From the NCBI GenBank assembly GCA_038496445.1, contig JALMLS010000578.1:434001-498000 (forward strand): DNA of 64,000 nt. The letters run 5' to 3'. The notes beneath the pieces are model-generated. The model ran no database searches. It was not told the origin of the DNA and saw only the letters and a program-made list of their open reading frames with translations. A program made the position numbers and the translations under genes. The stretch comes from Trichosphaerium sp. ATCC 40318. Lineage: Eukaryota > Protista > Tubulinea. Position 1 is the first letter of the stretch; every line of letters starts with the position of its first letter. Below, one piece after another: positions 37,148 to 52,140 of the stretch.

Positions 37148-37996
37148 TTACTTAAACCAACACGGTTGGTCTACTGTTGGCTCGTATTTAGGAAATTGAA
37201 CCATAACCTAGTGATTTGTTGAGAAAATAAATAGGAAAAAGTTTCGGCAATTTTCCAATTGGATGTACGGACAAATTGCTTCCCGACTTACCAGAATCAG
37301 TGGCTCGTCTCCAACGACTTCGGATTTGTGACCTAGAGTTGCTCGCTGGTCATTTCCAAAATATAAATCACCTTGCTTAAAGGTATGTTCTGTTCCGTCC
37401 ATAGTCGTCCATTTACCACCTAAGTGCTCCGTTACATGTTGTTTGTGCGTTATATATAGGCAAGTTGGTTTTAAAACACATACTTCCAGATAAGAATACA
37501 ACCATTTGTGGTACAGGATCTATCAGAAGAGACTAGTTAGTCTCAATACCAAAATTGGTTTTTTTTTTGACAACTTCCTAAAAAAAGTTTACTACCTGAA
37601 TGATACGCTCCTACCCACCCAACAGGTAAAATAGCAAAGTTTATATTGGCTCCAAGTTTTCTGTCAATCCATAGAGGAGGCATTCCTTTCAAGTAATCAA
37701 CGTAAGTCCACTACAACACAAGTTACAAAGAAAAAATGCGAACAGCTCAAATCACTTTTGTAAAAAAAAATTCGCTCAGTCTTATCAGCGTACATTGGTT
37801 AGAGCGCACTCTGCAAAATGACTTGTTCCATTTGAATCTGCCCAATTATGCCAATATGTGTATTTAGGTATCGATGGGATTGTGACATCGCTGGTGGCTG
37901 ATGTTAAGGCGAAACTAGCCAAAACGATAGCTACTATAACTGTTACAGTATTCTAATGCCCAGTAAGTACTAATAAGCTCCTTGGGTGCGCACCAT
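37148..37996 (-). CDS. Secreted cupin-fold protein, bacterial type
   Basis: M|NTVTVIVAIVLASFALTSA...YWHNWADSNGTSHF...LPVGWVGAYHSDPVPQMVVFLSG...MDGTEHTFKQGDLYFGNDQ...GHKSEVVGDEP...QPCWFK*; five introns; the first coding exon is ATG only. Confidence 0.8.
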
Positions 37997-38199
37997 GTTG
38001 ATTTTTGACTAACAGCTTGTACTCAATTCAACAAACTAACGAATTCGTTAAGTGTGTATTCGTGGCGCTTGCTCCTTTCTTGGTTGAGTAAAGTTAGCTC
38101 TTGGTCAAAAAAACTGTAACTTGTGTTGATTTTTACAGAACTTTTCATTCACACGTGCGTCGTACGACGGCCAAAGATAAATGAAAAAAAAAGCTGTTT

Positions 38200-41100
38200 A
38201 TGGCAGAATATACAGCACAATCTGATAGTGTAGACTCATGCATTGGCCTTACAGACATGGTTGAAGGGAATCGAGGCCTATTAGATGATTTTGAACTCGT
38301 AGAAGCTGAAGAGTCCCCTGAGTCGTATTCTAGCGCCTATGAAAAGAAAGCAAAGGTAGAAGCGCGAATTGTTTACCAACCTGAAGAAATGTTTGAAGAC
38401 ACTCGACATACGGTACATAAAGCTTTTGAGACATCACCTGGTGTTGGTTTTCTCCAAGTGTCAGTTTGTGTGTTCTGACTTTTCGGCTAGTTCTACAAAA
38501 TCGAACTAAGCCGCAATGGCACCTCGTACGCGCTGCACAATCGTATTAGACTATTAACTAACGCGTAAAATGCTAGTCAATTTGCAAAGCGACGATACAG
38601 CGAACTGTTACTACTGCATAAATGGGTACTACAATCATATGCCAAATAGCAAACAAGCGGCGTTAATAATATCCGATCGTTACTTTAACCGTTAGTGGTT
38701 GACATGCGTTTTTGACAGCATAACACGCTGCTGTGTAGCGAACTCGAAGATCCAGTTCTAACTATTTTTTTTTTTGTAGATTGGCTCAACTTTTCCTAGT
38801 CTCTCATTTCCTACTTTTCCTCATGGTGGCTTATTTGTGAATAAATCAAAAAGACTAAAAAAATTAAAGAGATGGTTGGATGCAGTCTCATTAGATCCTA
38901 TTATTCCAAACTCTTTTGAGTTCCTAAACTTCTTTGAGTGCGTTGCTTTTCTTATCTCGAAGGATTAGTTATGGCTACCTAACTTTGTCAAAAGAGTAGA
39001 ACAAGAAAAGTTTATCACTGATCTTGATGGTCCACTGTGTGGTACTTTGAATGTGCATGTTATAGGTATCTATGGCTTAGCTGAGGCGTACAAAGGTATA
39101 AGATTTATTTCTTCTCTCCATTGAATTTTCTGATCGATTGTTTGAACCACGTGGTTGAAATACTTGACTTTGTGTCCCTTCAATCTTTTTTTTACAAGAA
39201 CAAATCTTTTCAACCCACGTGATTTGTTTGAAGACTTTTGAATAAGAGTAAACATCGTACAATTATACCACTTGCTTCAAAGTCTTACGATTTTATGAAG
39301 ATATCTATTGCCAATTCACACAGGCGAGACCAATTTGCTTAGAACTACTGGTACGTTGAACAGCAAATTCTTTCAACAAAAAAAATAGAGTTTACAATGT
39401 GTTGTTTAAGAATGAAGACTTTGGAGCAGTACCTCGCCCTACAAAGATAAATACAGACAAGATAAGCGGACCGACAAAGAATCCAGAGTTTCACAGCAGC
39501 TTTCAGTTCTCTATTGTGAATACAAAAGCACCAGTACAGTTTACTTTTATACTGAATGACCAATATCATGTGACATGCTTCTAATTTTGTAATAGATGCG
39601 TTTGCATGTATTTTCTGGATGTAAGCGACTTGGGTTTGCTACATTATGCCCACGTGCCGCCACATCTCAAAGCAAATATTTTTGGATTGATATTAAAGTA
39701 AGTAACAGCGCTAGAGTATACAACACCCATCTCCCTCAATGGCTGACTAGGGTCCCCAAGGAGGTTTCCCAGTTTCTGGAAGTATAAAGCTACAAATACA
39801 GTTCAAAGCAGGCATACATGATTTGAAAACAATTGCTGTCAGCAAAAAACAAGATAAAGCAGTAGTGCAGCTAGACAAAACAACACTATTCCTTGGAGAA
39901 CAAATAGAAGGAACTGCGACTTTTCAATTAAACAGTACTGATGTAGAAAAACTTATCAGCTGTCGGATAGCTTTCATAGGTACTTGCTTTAGGTTTAATT
40001 GAATGCATGATAACACTAACTCCAAAAAAGGTGTTCAACATGTTTCTTGGAGCGACGGAAAACAGACTTACAGGTAACACTATGATATACGATATATGAC
40101 TTATGCACACATCGGTAGTAAAACGAAAACTATCCTTGATCAAACTCTTTATAACATCACACAACTTGACAGTGTTTTTGTTGTATGTAACATTTCTTCG
40201 AAACAACATTAGTGTGATAGTTTTTCTCGTAGCCTGGTGTACAGACTGTAACATTCAGTCAACCGATTCCTTTTGATATGCCACCGACTTTCGCGTTTAA
40301 AGATTTAGATGCTAGTGGATGGACGAGGTACAGTGTGAACCTTTACCTCAAAAGAAAACGAGCAGTTGGCACTTCATTAAAAACAAGTACGCTTACTATA
40401 TCCTTGTGCTCTCATAATGTTTGTTTTCAGTAAAGATACCAGTTATATTAAAAAGATGCATGCTTGCACAAGAGAAGCCAGTTCCAAACGTGTATCAAAG
40501 ATCAGATAGCATCTCAGTTCGAAAAAATCAGAGAAGAAAACTAAAAGTTAGCTTTGATAAGAAGTTCATAGTACCTGGACAAAGTATAAACGCACGTATT
40601 GTACGTGTAATACCTTATTGACTATTCCTCAAAATCTTTATTCAACAAAAGCCCTTGTAAACAGAATTATCCAGTCACTAGTGACTGCTGGCTTTTTGTT
40701 CTATGAAGTTAAGTCCTGTTACTTCTCTAATTTCTTTAGTGTCTTTTCAACAGCACAGAATACACAACAACAAGTCTACAAGTAGTCTTAAATACAGTAA
40801 GGATAATGAAATCATGCAAGAGCTATGAATCAGCATGGACACAAAATATACAGACTAAGAAACTATGGAAAAACAAAACCAAGTGCCACTGTGAGCCAGG
40901 TCAAACGTACACGTATTTCTGTTTTGTAACTTCAGTGTACTAATTTTTTTTGTTTATATGTATAGTGTGAATTTGTGCCTTTGTATTAAGCTACCTAAAT
41001 CCTGCTCTGTTCCTACTATAGATACACCCAAATCCCCTCTTGTAGTAAAGTATAATGTTAGGGTTGTAGTTAATTTTAAAGAATTACTTGTAAGGTACGA

Positions 41101-41209
41101 TGATAGACTCTTTTTTTTTTATTCCTTTTTATTTTTTACAACTTTTTCAAGTAACATGGATACAATTGCACCTATCACTGTTTTACAAAATGAACCAAAT
41201 AAAGACTGA
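38200..41209 (+). CDS. PX-C2-arrestin(N,C) domain protein
   Basis: PX: KRRYSELLLLH..FPTFP..LKRWLDAV..FLNFFE. C2-like: GTLNVHVIGIYGL..NPEFHSSFQF. Arrestin: LDKTTLFLGEQIEGT, PPTF, FDKKFIVPGQSI, IKLP..VPT..VVKYNVRV. Confidence 0.7.
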
Positions 41210-41482
41210 AATTGTAGTCAAAAAATAAAATGTACATATGTATATTGCTTATGCGGATTTCTGTTGTTTTTTCAGCAAGTTTGAGACTTACACTTTTTTT
41301 CTTGTTAAGTTCGAATGCAGAAAAACGACAACATTTCACAGAATTTATTCTATCCATCTTGCTGACATACGTGATTACGGCTTTATTATGCTATTTTAAG
41401 TTACTGAATCAATAGTCTTGCATTTTCGTTTTTTGTGTTTGCAACAACCAAAAATAACACCCGAATACAAACCAGTACGCCA

Positions 41483-43661
41483 ATGAGTACGTTTCCACGT
41501 TATATAATTAACAAAAGGTTAATATTGTTTAAAAAGGTAAGGAGCCTATAAGTATTGAAACTGATGCGTGTTTGAACGTCTGTTACCACTGGAAGCAAGC
41601 TAATACATCTTCAAACCAATTCTGTGTACCTCCTCATGTTTACGATATAGACATTGCTGTAACAGCATTCGACGATGTGCGTAGTACCTAACGCGTATTC
41701 GCATGGCGTTTACTGGCCTTTAGCACGCGAATGCCACAGAAGCCGTATTTTACAACAACAAGAGGAACTCCGGCGGCAGCATAGAGTTTCTGGACGACGA
41801 AGACGACTTTGATCAAGTTATAACTGTAGACTTTGCAAAATTAGAGCAAAGCATCAAATCACTTGCAATAACACTAACATGCCATGGAGGATTCAGTCTT
41901 AAGGATATCAACGCCGCTAAATGTTCTATTTACAACGCTGACACAAATCAACGCACGCCACATTTGCTTCAAATTTGTGTCAAGTAAGCCTGACTTAACG
42001 GTAGCATACGGTGATGTCAAGGCTTCTGCTGCGGGTGATTCATCTGGTGTGCTTGTGGCCATCGTTTATCGAATGCATGAAGAGGAACCTTGGGTCCTTA
42101 AGTACCTTGCAAAACCAGTATTAGGCACGTTAACAAGTTCAATTAAGTGAACCATTGTGGTTTTTTTTGACACTTTCGCTGACTTGCCTTCAGCATGTAG
42201 TTTCGAACACGTGATACCATATGTACAAGATGTATTAAGAGATATTGGCATTGTATCAGAGACAGAGGAACCACGTGATGCGCCAACGTTTAACACAAAA
42301 AAGAGTATGTTTGTTTGTATTTTTGAAGGTGTTAACATTGGTTGTAGAGAGTGTTGTACCGTACATTGCCAGTCTTAAGTGTAACCAAGAAAAAATCGAT
42401 AGCCATAAGGAAATAACATTTGGTACTTCGTTGTGTACAGTAAACCGAGGTAAAGATTTGCCTCGCTTGCTCCCAATCACTGTCGTGAGTACCGAGACTG
42501 GTTTTCTACGGGCTATTAATACCAAGTACAAAATCTAGTGGAACTAATCATTTACTGATCTATTACTTAGAAAAAGTACCAAAGGAGCCTTTAGCATGGA
42601 GAGTAAGAATGTAGGTCTTCACTCTGATAATAGAATTCGGACTGTTACCATACGACCTTCAAAGCTTCCCTTGGACATCACTGACGTGTTTGTAGCGGTG
42701 CGCACGTGCTGTCTTAACAGCACAATCCTCACCTGACTTTTGGTACTATTTGTAGGTCACAAGTGCCCATGAACAGATTAAACTCTCGCTGTGTGAGGAT
42801 AAACTTCGTGTGGGATACACTGAAGAAAGTCATAAGTGGAGAAACATATTCCGTGCTAGTACAAACAGAGTTTTAGTGTTCTAGTCATGACACTAATAGA
42901 TTTCTTTTCTAGAGGGTAATGTCAACACAGCCACTCTTGGGGCTTTAATATGGACAAAGGAAGGTTGGGTACTGTGGAAGCTTAGGTAAGTAGATCTTGG
43001 GTTGTGAAGATTTTTTTTATTTTTGCTAAGGTTGCCAGTGGTGCTGACGTCGCTCATGGGCTTGATAACCCAAATAAGAAACTCTAAAAAATACAAAGAT
43101 GCCACAAGAGAAAGGCCACAGCGTGAGAAAGAGGCTCCCAAACTCACTGAGATGATAAAAGTGTTTGGTAAGCTAGCGGATATAAGCCTTTCTTGCTTAT
43201 AGCGGAACCTTATTTGCATACAAATAGTTCACAGTGGGACTGGACTAGCTGCTAAGGATCTCAACGGTAAAAGTGATCCTTATTATAAACTACGATGGAG
43301 CAACAAGAAGGAATACGAGTATAAATCAAACACGTGCCAAAAGACTTTATCGCCAATTTGGTACAGAACAGCACATGTTAAGAAACCTACAGATTGGGAT
43401 CCAGATGTAACACTTATTATAGAAGTATTTGACAAAGACCTCATTGGGTAAAGTCATTTTATAAAGCTACAATCACTGTACTAACACAAACATAGAAAGG
43501 ATGATTTTTTGGGTGTTGTTGCAATCGATGCAAAGAAGATATTCCTTGACACTCACGTGAAGAAAAAGAAACTGACTTTAGAAGAATCTAGGAAGTATCC
43601 AGGGAAAGTATCAGGCTACATAAAAGTTTCCTACTCTGGTAGCCAGGTAAAAAAGCTGTGA
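41483..43661 (+). CDS. TerD-like x2 plus C-terminal Ca2+-type C2 domain protein
   Basis: YDIDIAVTAFDD..VFYNNKRNSGGSIEFLDDEDDFDQVITVDFAKL (TerD); a second degenerate copy RTVTIRPSKLPLDITDVFVAVTS; C2 GLAAKDLNGKSDPY..TLSPIW..EVFDKDLIGKDDFLG. Confidence 0.75.
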
Positions 43662-44116
43662 GTTTCATGCTGTGTCTTTGTTTCAACGTCACAAGCAAAC
43701 TCTAAACAGTGTTCTGACAATAATTTGCAGTCACTACTATTCAAATCTTGTTCGAAACGAATTTCTTCGGTAGCAGACTGAACCTGGGCCAACTTTAGAC
43801 CTCTGTGCCGGTGAGATAATTTTTTGGAGTAAACCCCTTTGTAAAATAAAACCACGTGTTTATTAAATTTAATTCCATGTTTTTTTACGAAGGGTATGAC
43901 GTATGCAAATGAAAGGTACAATTGAAACAAAGGATTTACAGCTTTCAAATACCTCAATGTAATGTGATGTTAAAGTAATTTTAAGGGTGTCACAAAGCTA
44001 CTATTTCAGTATGTACCAGAGTGCTATTTAATTTTGGTTTTTATTCATTTATTACAAGGCTTAACCAACTTCTAACAAACAATTTGTGCTATTATTTCCT
44101 ACCAAATCATACTAAC

Positions 44117-46110
44117 TTATAAAATAGTACAAAATCTTCTGCGTGCTAAAGAGGATAACCCAGTTAGAAAACAGAAAAGAAAAAAAAAAGGAAAAAAAGA
44201 AGAAAAAAAAAGAAGAAAAAGAAAAAAAGAAGGAAATGCCAAACCAGGTATCACGTACGCGGTGGAGCTTCTGAATCTTGTAATGATTCTGAAGTATCTT
44301 CCTCTTGTGGTTGATTAACCTTTTTCTTTGGTTGACTTTTCTTTTCCTCAGGTTTTTCTTCTTTCTTATTTTCTTCCTCTTTTTCTTCTTTCTCTTCTTT
44401 TCCTTTTTCCTTTTTGTCTTCTTCCTTAGTATCGGTGTCTTCATCTTTTGCTTGTAGAGGATCATTGACCTGTTCTTCGCCTTCAGGTGCGCTTGTAGTG
44501 GTTTGAACTTCTGTTGTTTCTTCCTTAGGTTCTTCCTCTTCAGGTGATTCGTCTTTATCATCTTCACCAGGTTTTTCATCTTCAGGTTCTTGTTCAGGAA
44601 CAGGCTCAGGCTCTTTAACTTGTTCAGATTCTGGTTCCTCTGATGGCTCTTTGGCTTGTGCAGGTTCTTGTTCAGGAACTGATTCAGGCTCTTCAACTTG
44701 CTCAGGTTCCGGCTCTTGTGCAGGTTCTGGTTCTGGTTCTTGCTCTTGTACAGCCTCAGGTTCAGGTTCAGGTTCTGGTTCTTGTTCAGGCTCTGGTTCT
44801 TGTGCAGGTTCAGGTTCAGGCTCTTGTGCAGCCTCAGGTTCTGGCTCCGGTTCTTCAACTTGTGCCTGCTCTGGTTCAGGTTCTTGTTCAGGCTCTGGCT
44901 CTTGTGCAACCTCAGGTTCAGGTTCCGGCTCCTGTGCAGGTTCAGGTTCAGGTTCAGGTTCTGGTTCTTGTTCAGGTTCTGGTTCCGGCTCTTGTGCAGG
45001 TTCAGGTTCTGGCTCTTGTGCAGGTTCTGGTTTTGGTTCTGGTTCTTGTGCAGGTTCAGGTTCAGGTTCAGGTTCTGGCTCAGGTTCTGGATCTTGTTCA
45101 GGTTCTGGTTCCGGCTCTTGAGCAGGCTCAGGTTCTGGTTCTTGCTCAGTTTCAGGTTCCTGTTCTGGATCTTGTGCAGCCTCAGGTTCTGGTTCAGACG
45201 TTTCAACAGGTGTTGTGTCAGGCTCAGGGTCTTCTGCAGGCTCTTGAACTGGTTCCTCGACTTGTTCAGGCTCTTCGACTTGTTCAGGTTCTGGTTCAGG
45301 TTCAGGTTCTGGTTCTTGTGCAGGTTCAGGTTCTTGTTCAGGTTCTGGTTCTTGTGCCTGTGCAGTTCAGGTTCTGGTTCTTGTGCAGGTTCAGGTTCTG
45401 GCTCTTCATTTTCTTTTACATCACTATCTGCTTGTTCGTCATCTTGTATTGGTTCGTCATTATCTTCATCCTTTTGTTGCTCTTCTGCCTCTTCTGTTTC
45501 TTGTGGTTTGATATTATCCTTTAAAACGAAGATTAGCACGTGTGAATAAAATATCTAAAAATAACCGAAGCATAAACAATTTTATTCCGTTATCTATCTT
45601 TTTCTAAACAACACAATCTGAAGGCTTACTAACAACCACAAATGCCATAAAAAACTTTAAAAAAAAATCATCAAAAATTATTTAGTTAATTACCTCCACT
45701 GTAGTAGCTTCTTTATCGCCGAATACATCATTTATTATCTTCCCCACCATATCTGTATGAACTCTATTATCTCCATCATCCCATTGATCGCCTACCTAAC
45801 GAACAATCGATTAAAACCGTCTCCAATTCTGATCGTTATTTTTTCCAAAAAAAATAAAACGCAACAACAAAAAACCGTTTTTGCTCAGAACCACAAATAT
45901 AATGTCACGTGACAATAATCTGGACCATAAAAAAATAATGCGTACTTTGTATTTATACTCAAAAGCGCTTTCAATAGTAAGCTTTGATTCCCATACGCCT
46001 TCGCCAATGTCATTCATTTCAACGCCTTTTTCCCAATCGCCATCAAATCCCATCAAAGTCACTTGTGTGACGTCTTCGCCACATTTTAATCGAAAAATCG
46101 TCTCTGTCAT
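44117..46110 (-). CDS. N-terminal starch/glycogen-binding module (CBM20/CBM48-like) + long EP(AQ) repeat + C-terminal polybasic CaaX (RRRFCTIL); 1-nt frameshift near 45365
   Basis: [29 protein letters not shown]|[11 protein letters not shown]. The repeat reads gaa-ctgca where gaa-cct-gca is expected. The last exon gives [11 protein letters not shown]. Confidence 0.75.
44590..45410 (-). repeat. Coding low-complexity tandem repeat (GAACCT/GAACCA hexamers; EPEPAQ units)
   Basis: About 820 bp of ggttca/ggttct/cttgtgca units on the + strand. Confidence 0.95.
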
Positions 46111-46420
46111 TATGCTGTAAGCTATATAGACGAAAGTTAGAAGGGCGGTTAGCAAGACGGTTAAACTTTCAAAACCGACACTACAAAGTCTTATTATCGC
46201 GCGAAACGGCGTCAATAACAAAGGAAAGCTCTGTTGTTAAATTGTTTTAAAGACTCGGTTGATTGTAGATCAAACACAGTTTAAAACGTCCTGATTTATA
46301 GAAATAAGGTATGTCATTGGCGTACTTGTTGATTGATCCCTGTTAGCAAAGCTCACGCGTCACAATTTTTGTATGAATTTGAGTTGACTTTTGTCTGTGA
46401 GAAAAAAAGCCAATTTGTGA

Positions 46421-48293
<1,873 letters not shown>

Positions 48294-48560
48294 TGCTACG
48301 CAGTGCTTTTCGATTTTCGTGAGACCGCCGTAAAATGATGTAGCTGCCCGTGTAAAATAAAAGTCATATTTATCGGTGTATGCGCCTCTTATGGCGATGC
48401 AATTAGTTGTACTATGCCGCGTAGTAGTGCAGTATGTCGTACCTGCGCCGAGTTAAGTAACAACCTACAAAGTACGTTAAGTTTTCTCTGGCTCTAAGGC
48501 AAAATTACTGCTTATTCCACCATTCAACAGCGCCATTTTTTAGTCTTATAAACAATACTA

Positions 48561-51514
48561 ATGAGTAGCGACGATCAGTTTGTTTTGAGTGTTGGCCCTT
48601 TTCTCCTTGGCAAAAACCTTGGCAGGTGCGTTTTTTTCCGCTTAATTAAGCTCTACGCGTTGGTATTGAGGCTAAACATAGTGGCGCAACTGGTCAAGTC
48701 AAATTGGGCGTACACAAAGAAACTGGCTTCAAAGTGGCTATAAAGATCATAGAAAAAGAGCGCATTAACAGCAAACAAAATGCCAGACGTAAAATAGACA
48801 GGGAGATCGTTGTTATGAAACTTCTTCGCCATCCGAATGTACTGCGCCTTTATGACGTGTACGAGTCTAGCAAGTACTTGTACGTACAGATCAAGCGAAT
48901 TTCTATAAAATGCACTACCTAGCGCTTTGTTCCATTTACGGAAAATGAGCGTATTCTTTTGTGTCTCTAAAACATTGCCTATAAAAGCAATTGATACACA
49001 ACAACACCTAACAGCTATTTTTTTCTTCAGATTTCTGGTGTTGGAGTATGTTGACGGAGGAGAGCTATTTGACTACCTAGTAAAGCGTGGCGTGTTGCCT
49101 ATGTCTGAAGCGCGTAAATTTATGCTCACACTAATATCTGGCCTTGATTATTGCCATGCGCATATGATATGGTACGTACTACACGATACGATAGTTTAGA
49201 TCCATTAACTCGTTTTAGTCACAGAGATTTAAAGCCAGAAAACCTTCTACTCACTAGAGACCCAGTTAAAGTGCTCAAAATAGCAGATTTTGGTATGGCT
49301 TCTATTATGCCAGAAGGTAAGCAACAACCAAAAGCGACAAAGAAGAAACCCGCAGTATATTTTTTACGCATTTATGTCTTATTATTCTTTTAGATGCTCT
49401 ACTAGGTACTTCTTGCGGTTCCCCGCATTACGCCAGTCCAGAGGTACGTTTTTTTTTTTTTTGTAATTGCGACATAGCTTGATTAACCTGTATCTTTTTA
49501 AGGTTGTGAAAGGTATAGAATATGATGGTACTACATCAGATATATGGAGTTGTGGCGTTATTTTGTACGCTTTAGTTACTGTACGTCGGTTTTTTTTTTG
49601 ATTTATGCTTTTTTTGCGAAATCGCTTTATTTGCTTTGTTTTATCGGAAAATCAATCATGTTAACGTTTTTTGTACTCATTAGGGTTCCTTACCTTTTGA
49701 TGATGACAACATTAAAAAATTGCTCTTGAAAGTAAAAGAAGGAAATTACACGATACCTGCCTTTGTTGATGACGATTGTCAAGATTTAATACGTCGTATG
49801 CTTACAATTGCTCCTGGATTACGTATCAGCATAAATGAAATCAAGGTGAGTAGACAAAAACCAAGCGAGTAAACCAACAATTTCGGAGATTTTTTTTATT
49901 TTTCATCATTTTGATTTCTCATTTTTTTGCTCACCATTTGACGTAGGAACATCCTTGGTTCGTTAAAGCAAATGCTGTATGGCCTGAAAATAAGGTGACA
50001 GAACAAGAACTTCAACAACCAATACAAGAAGAACAACTCAACCAGGAAATACTTAAAAATCTTGCTGCGTTAGGGTGGGATATTGATGATTCTCTGTTTG
50101 AAGCTTTAAGAGCAACTACGTACGTTTCGATTTTGGGCTTTTTATTTTTCTATCGCCTAAATTGTATCTACAACTTACTGATTAACGTAGAAACAACAAA
50201 GAAAAGGTATTCTATCGTTTAATAGAGGAATGGCAAAAAAAGTCTCAAGAGGAATCGTACTATCACGGTAGTAACTACGACTCGCCTAGAGTGTCAGATA
50301 ATATGCAAAAACCTTCACCTCTTTCATCTCCGCGTTCACCTCTCAGACTTCGCGTACGGACGATTTTTCGAAAACATTTCGCCCAATAAAGCGTAAATTA
50401 ACTCCTTTTATAGCGAAGAAAATCACCTTCAAGGAAGCCAGCATCACCACGAGGTGAAGAAAAGGCTAGAGTGAAGGAAATATCTAAACGTAAACGATCA
50501 AACTCGAACAAACTCTTCAGAAAGAACAGTATTTCAAAACCAAAGGTAAGTAAAAGATTGTTTTATAACAGCCAAGCGATTTATTTCGATTTTCTCTTTA
50601 CTGACGAGTTTTCTTTAAAAGGACATCAAAGCATCGTCTCCAAGGGTTGTACCAGTAAACTCGCGACGAAAACGTACATACACAGCTGGTGTTTCAGCTG
50701 GCGCTTCGTCAGTTGGTTCTGACAGTACGTTTGTTTTTGTTTATGATTCATACTGAATTCTGTGTTTCTAATTAGCTCTTGTAGGTCCACCATTGAGGCG
50801 TAGAGGTAGTTCTGGTCAATTCGAGCAAATTGGTGGAGAAGACACTATTGTGTTCAATAATGGAAAGCTAAAGCTTCCTTTACCTTCAAATATTGAAGAT
50901 GAATCTGATTATCAACTTGTTGGTTCTACACCAAAGCGATCTTGGTTTTCTGGCATTTTCTCATCTCCAAGACCTACCAAAGAGAGTGTACGCATTAGAA
51001 TTCAGAAGAATTTCGCTTTTGATGCTTTGTATTCTTGACTCTAATCATTTTGTAGTCTACGTACAGACAGTTTGGCAAATTTACGACAATGGGCCCAACG
51101 AATGTACACATGGAGCTTCAAAAGCAGTTTGAGAAACAAAACATAAACACGGTTAAAGTTACTGACAAAAAGATTCGTGGTAAATACACTGGCGCTGGTA
51201 TGTGACATACAAGGAACACTGTTTTTTTTTTTCAATGGTTTGTTGCAACAAACAAAAAGAGTTAGACTTGACGGTCCAACGAAATCTTCGCTGGGTTTTT
51301 TTTGAATACAATTGGGTCGTATTCTTACTTACTTTATTTTTTAGATTCCAGAGCCGTAAAGTTTATCGTTGAATTGACTCACCTCGAGAATGGAACTTTT
51401 ATGACGTTTATACATCGTGAGGGTCCTAAGAAGACCTTTTCGAATATATTTAATAAAATAGATGAAGAGTGGCACGGTGGACAAGCACCAGTTGCAGGTG
51501 CTGCCTCTGAGTAA
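48561..51514 (+). CDS. CAMK-group Ser/Thr kinase, BRSK/SAD-Nim1/GIN4 type, with probable UBA and KA1 domains
   Basis: [70 protein letters not shown]; C-terminal PKRSWF and KA1-like VKFIVEL..FIHREG. Confidence 0.92.
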
Positions 51515-52140
51515 AAAAAAAAAAGAAAAAAAGCAGAAAAAACCCAAACGCTGAAAAATCAAATGGCAAGTTAACACCAACATTTCTTCTTGGTGTCATT
51601 ATAAAAGGCCAAAACATATACCTAATTACCCTACTCAATACCTTGACCACCTTCCCCCTTGTATTTTTATGATTGAATTGTAATATTAATAAATTCTTTG
51701 GATATCCATGTACTCTGTATTTCGTTGATTGACCCTAAACATCTACATTGTTTTTGGGTTTATGTGTAGAGACAAACGGCACTGCACGAGTTTTAACTAT
51801 TTTGGGATTCAATGACCGTGCTCCATTTACATCGAAATATAGACAATTCAGTTTGCGACCTGAGATGATCTGGCGTAGCTCTTGAGAACGACTTTGTGGA
51901 AATACAACCGTGGAACAGTTCTCTGACTAGTTTTTAAGAATATTGTGGAAAGTACCACCCAAGTAGTGAGATTTTAGAGTTTTGAGAAAGGCAGAGAGGT
52001 TGAATATCAATTTGTTTATTTCATGAAAGTTACATTTACAAAAAATTATCATTTACATTGACGGCCAACTCTCTTTATCACTGTATGAAAAGGATTTTTA
52101 GGCCTACGGGTACTAAACACTGTTGAAAGCTTGTTCATGG

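Noticed and set aside
44643-45549. Plus-strand ORFs with (RF)n, (VQ)n and (GS)n repeats, and the 475-aa NLN-rich minus ORF
   Set aside because: Shadow frames of the stop-free EP hexamer repeat; the NLN frame results from the 1-nt indel
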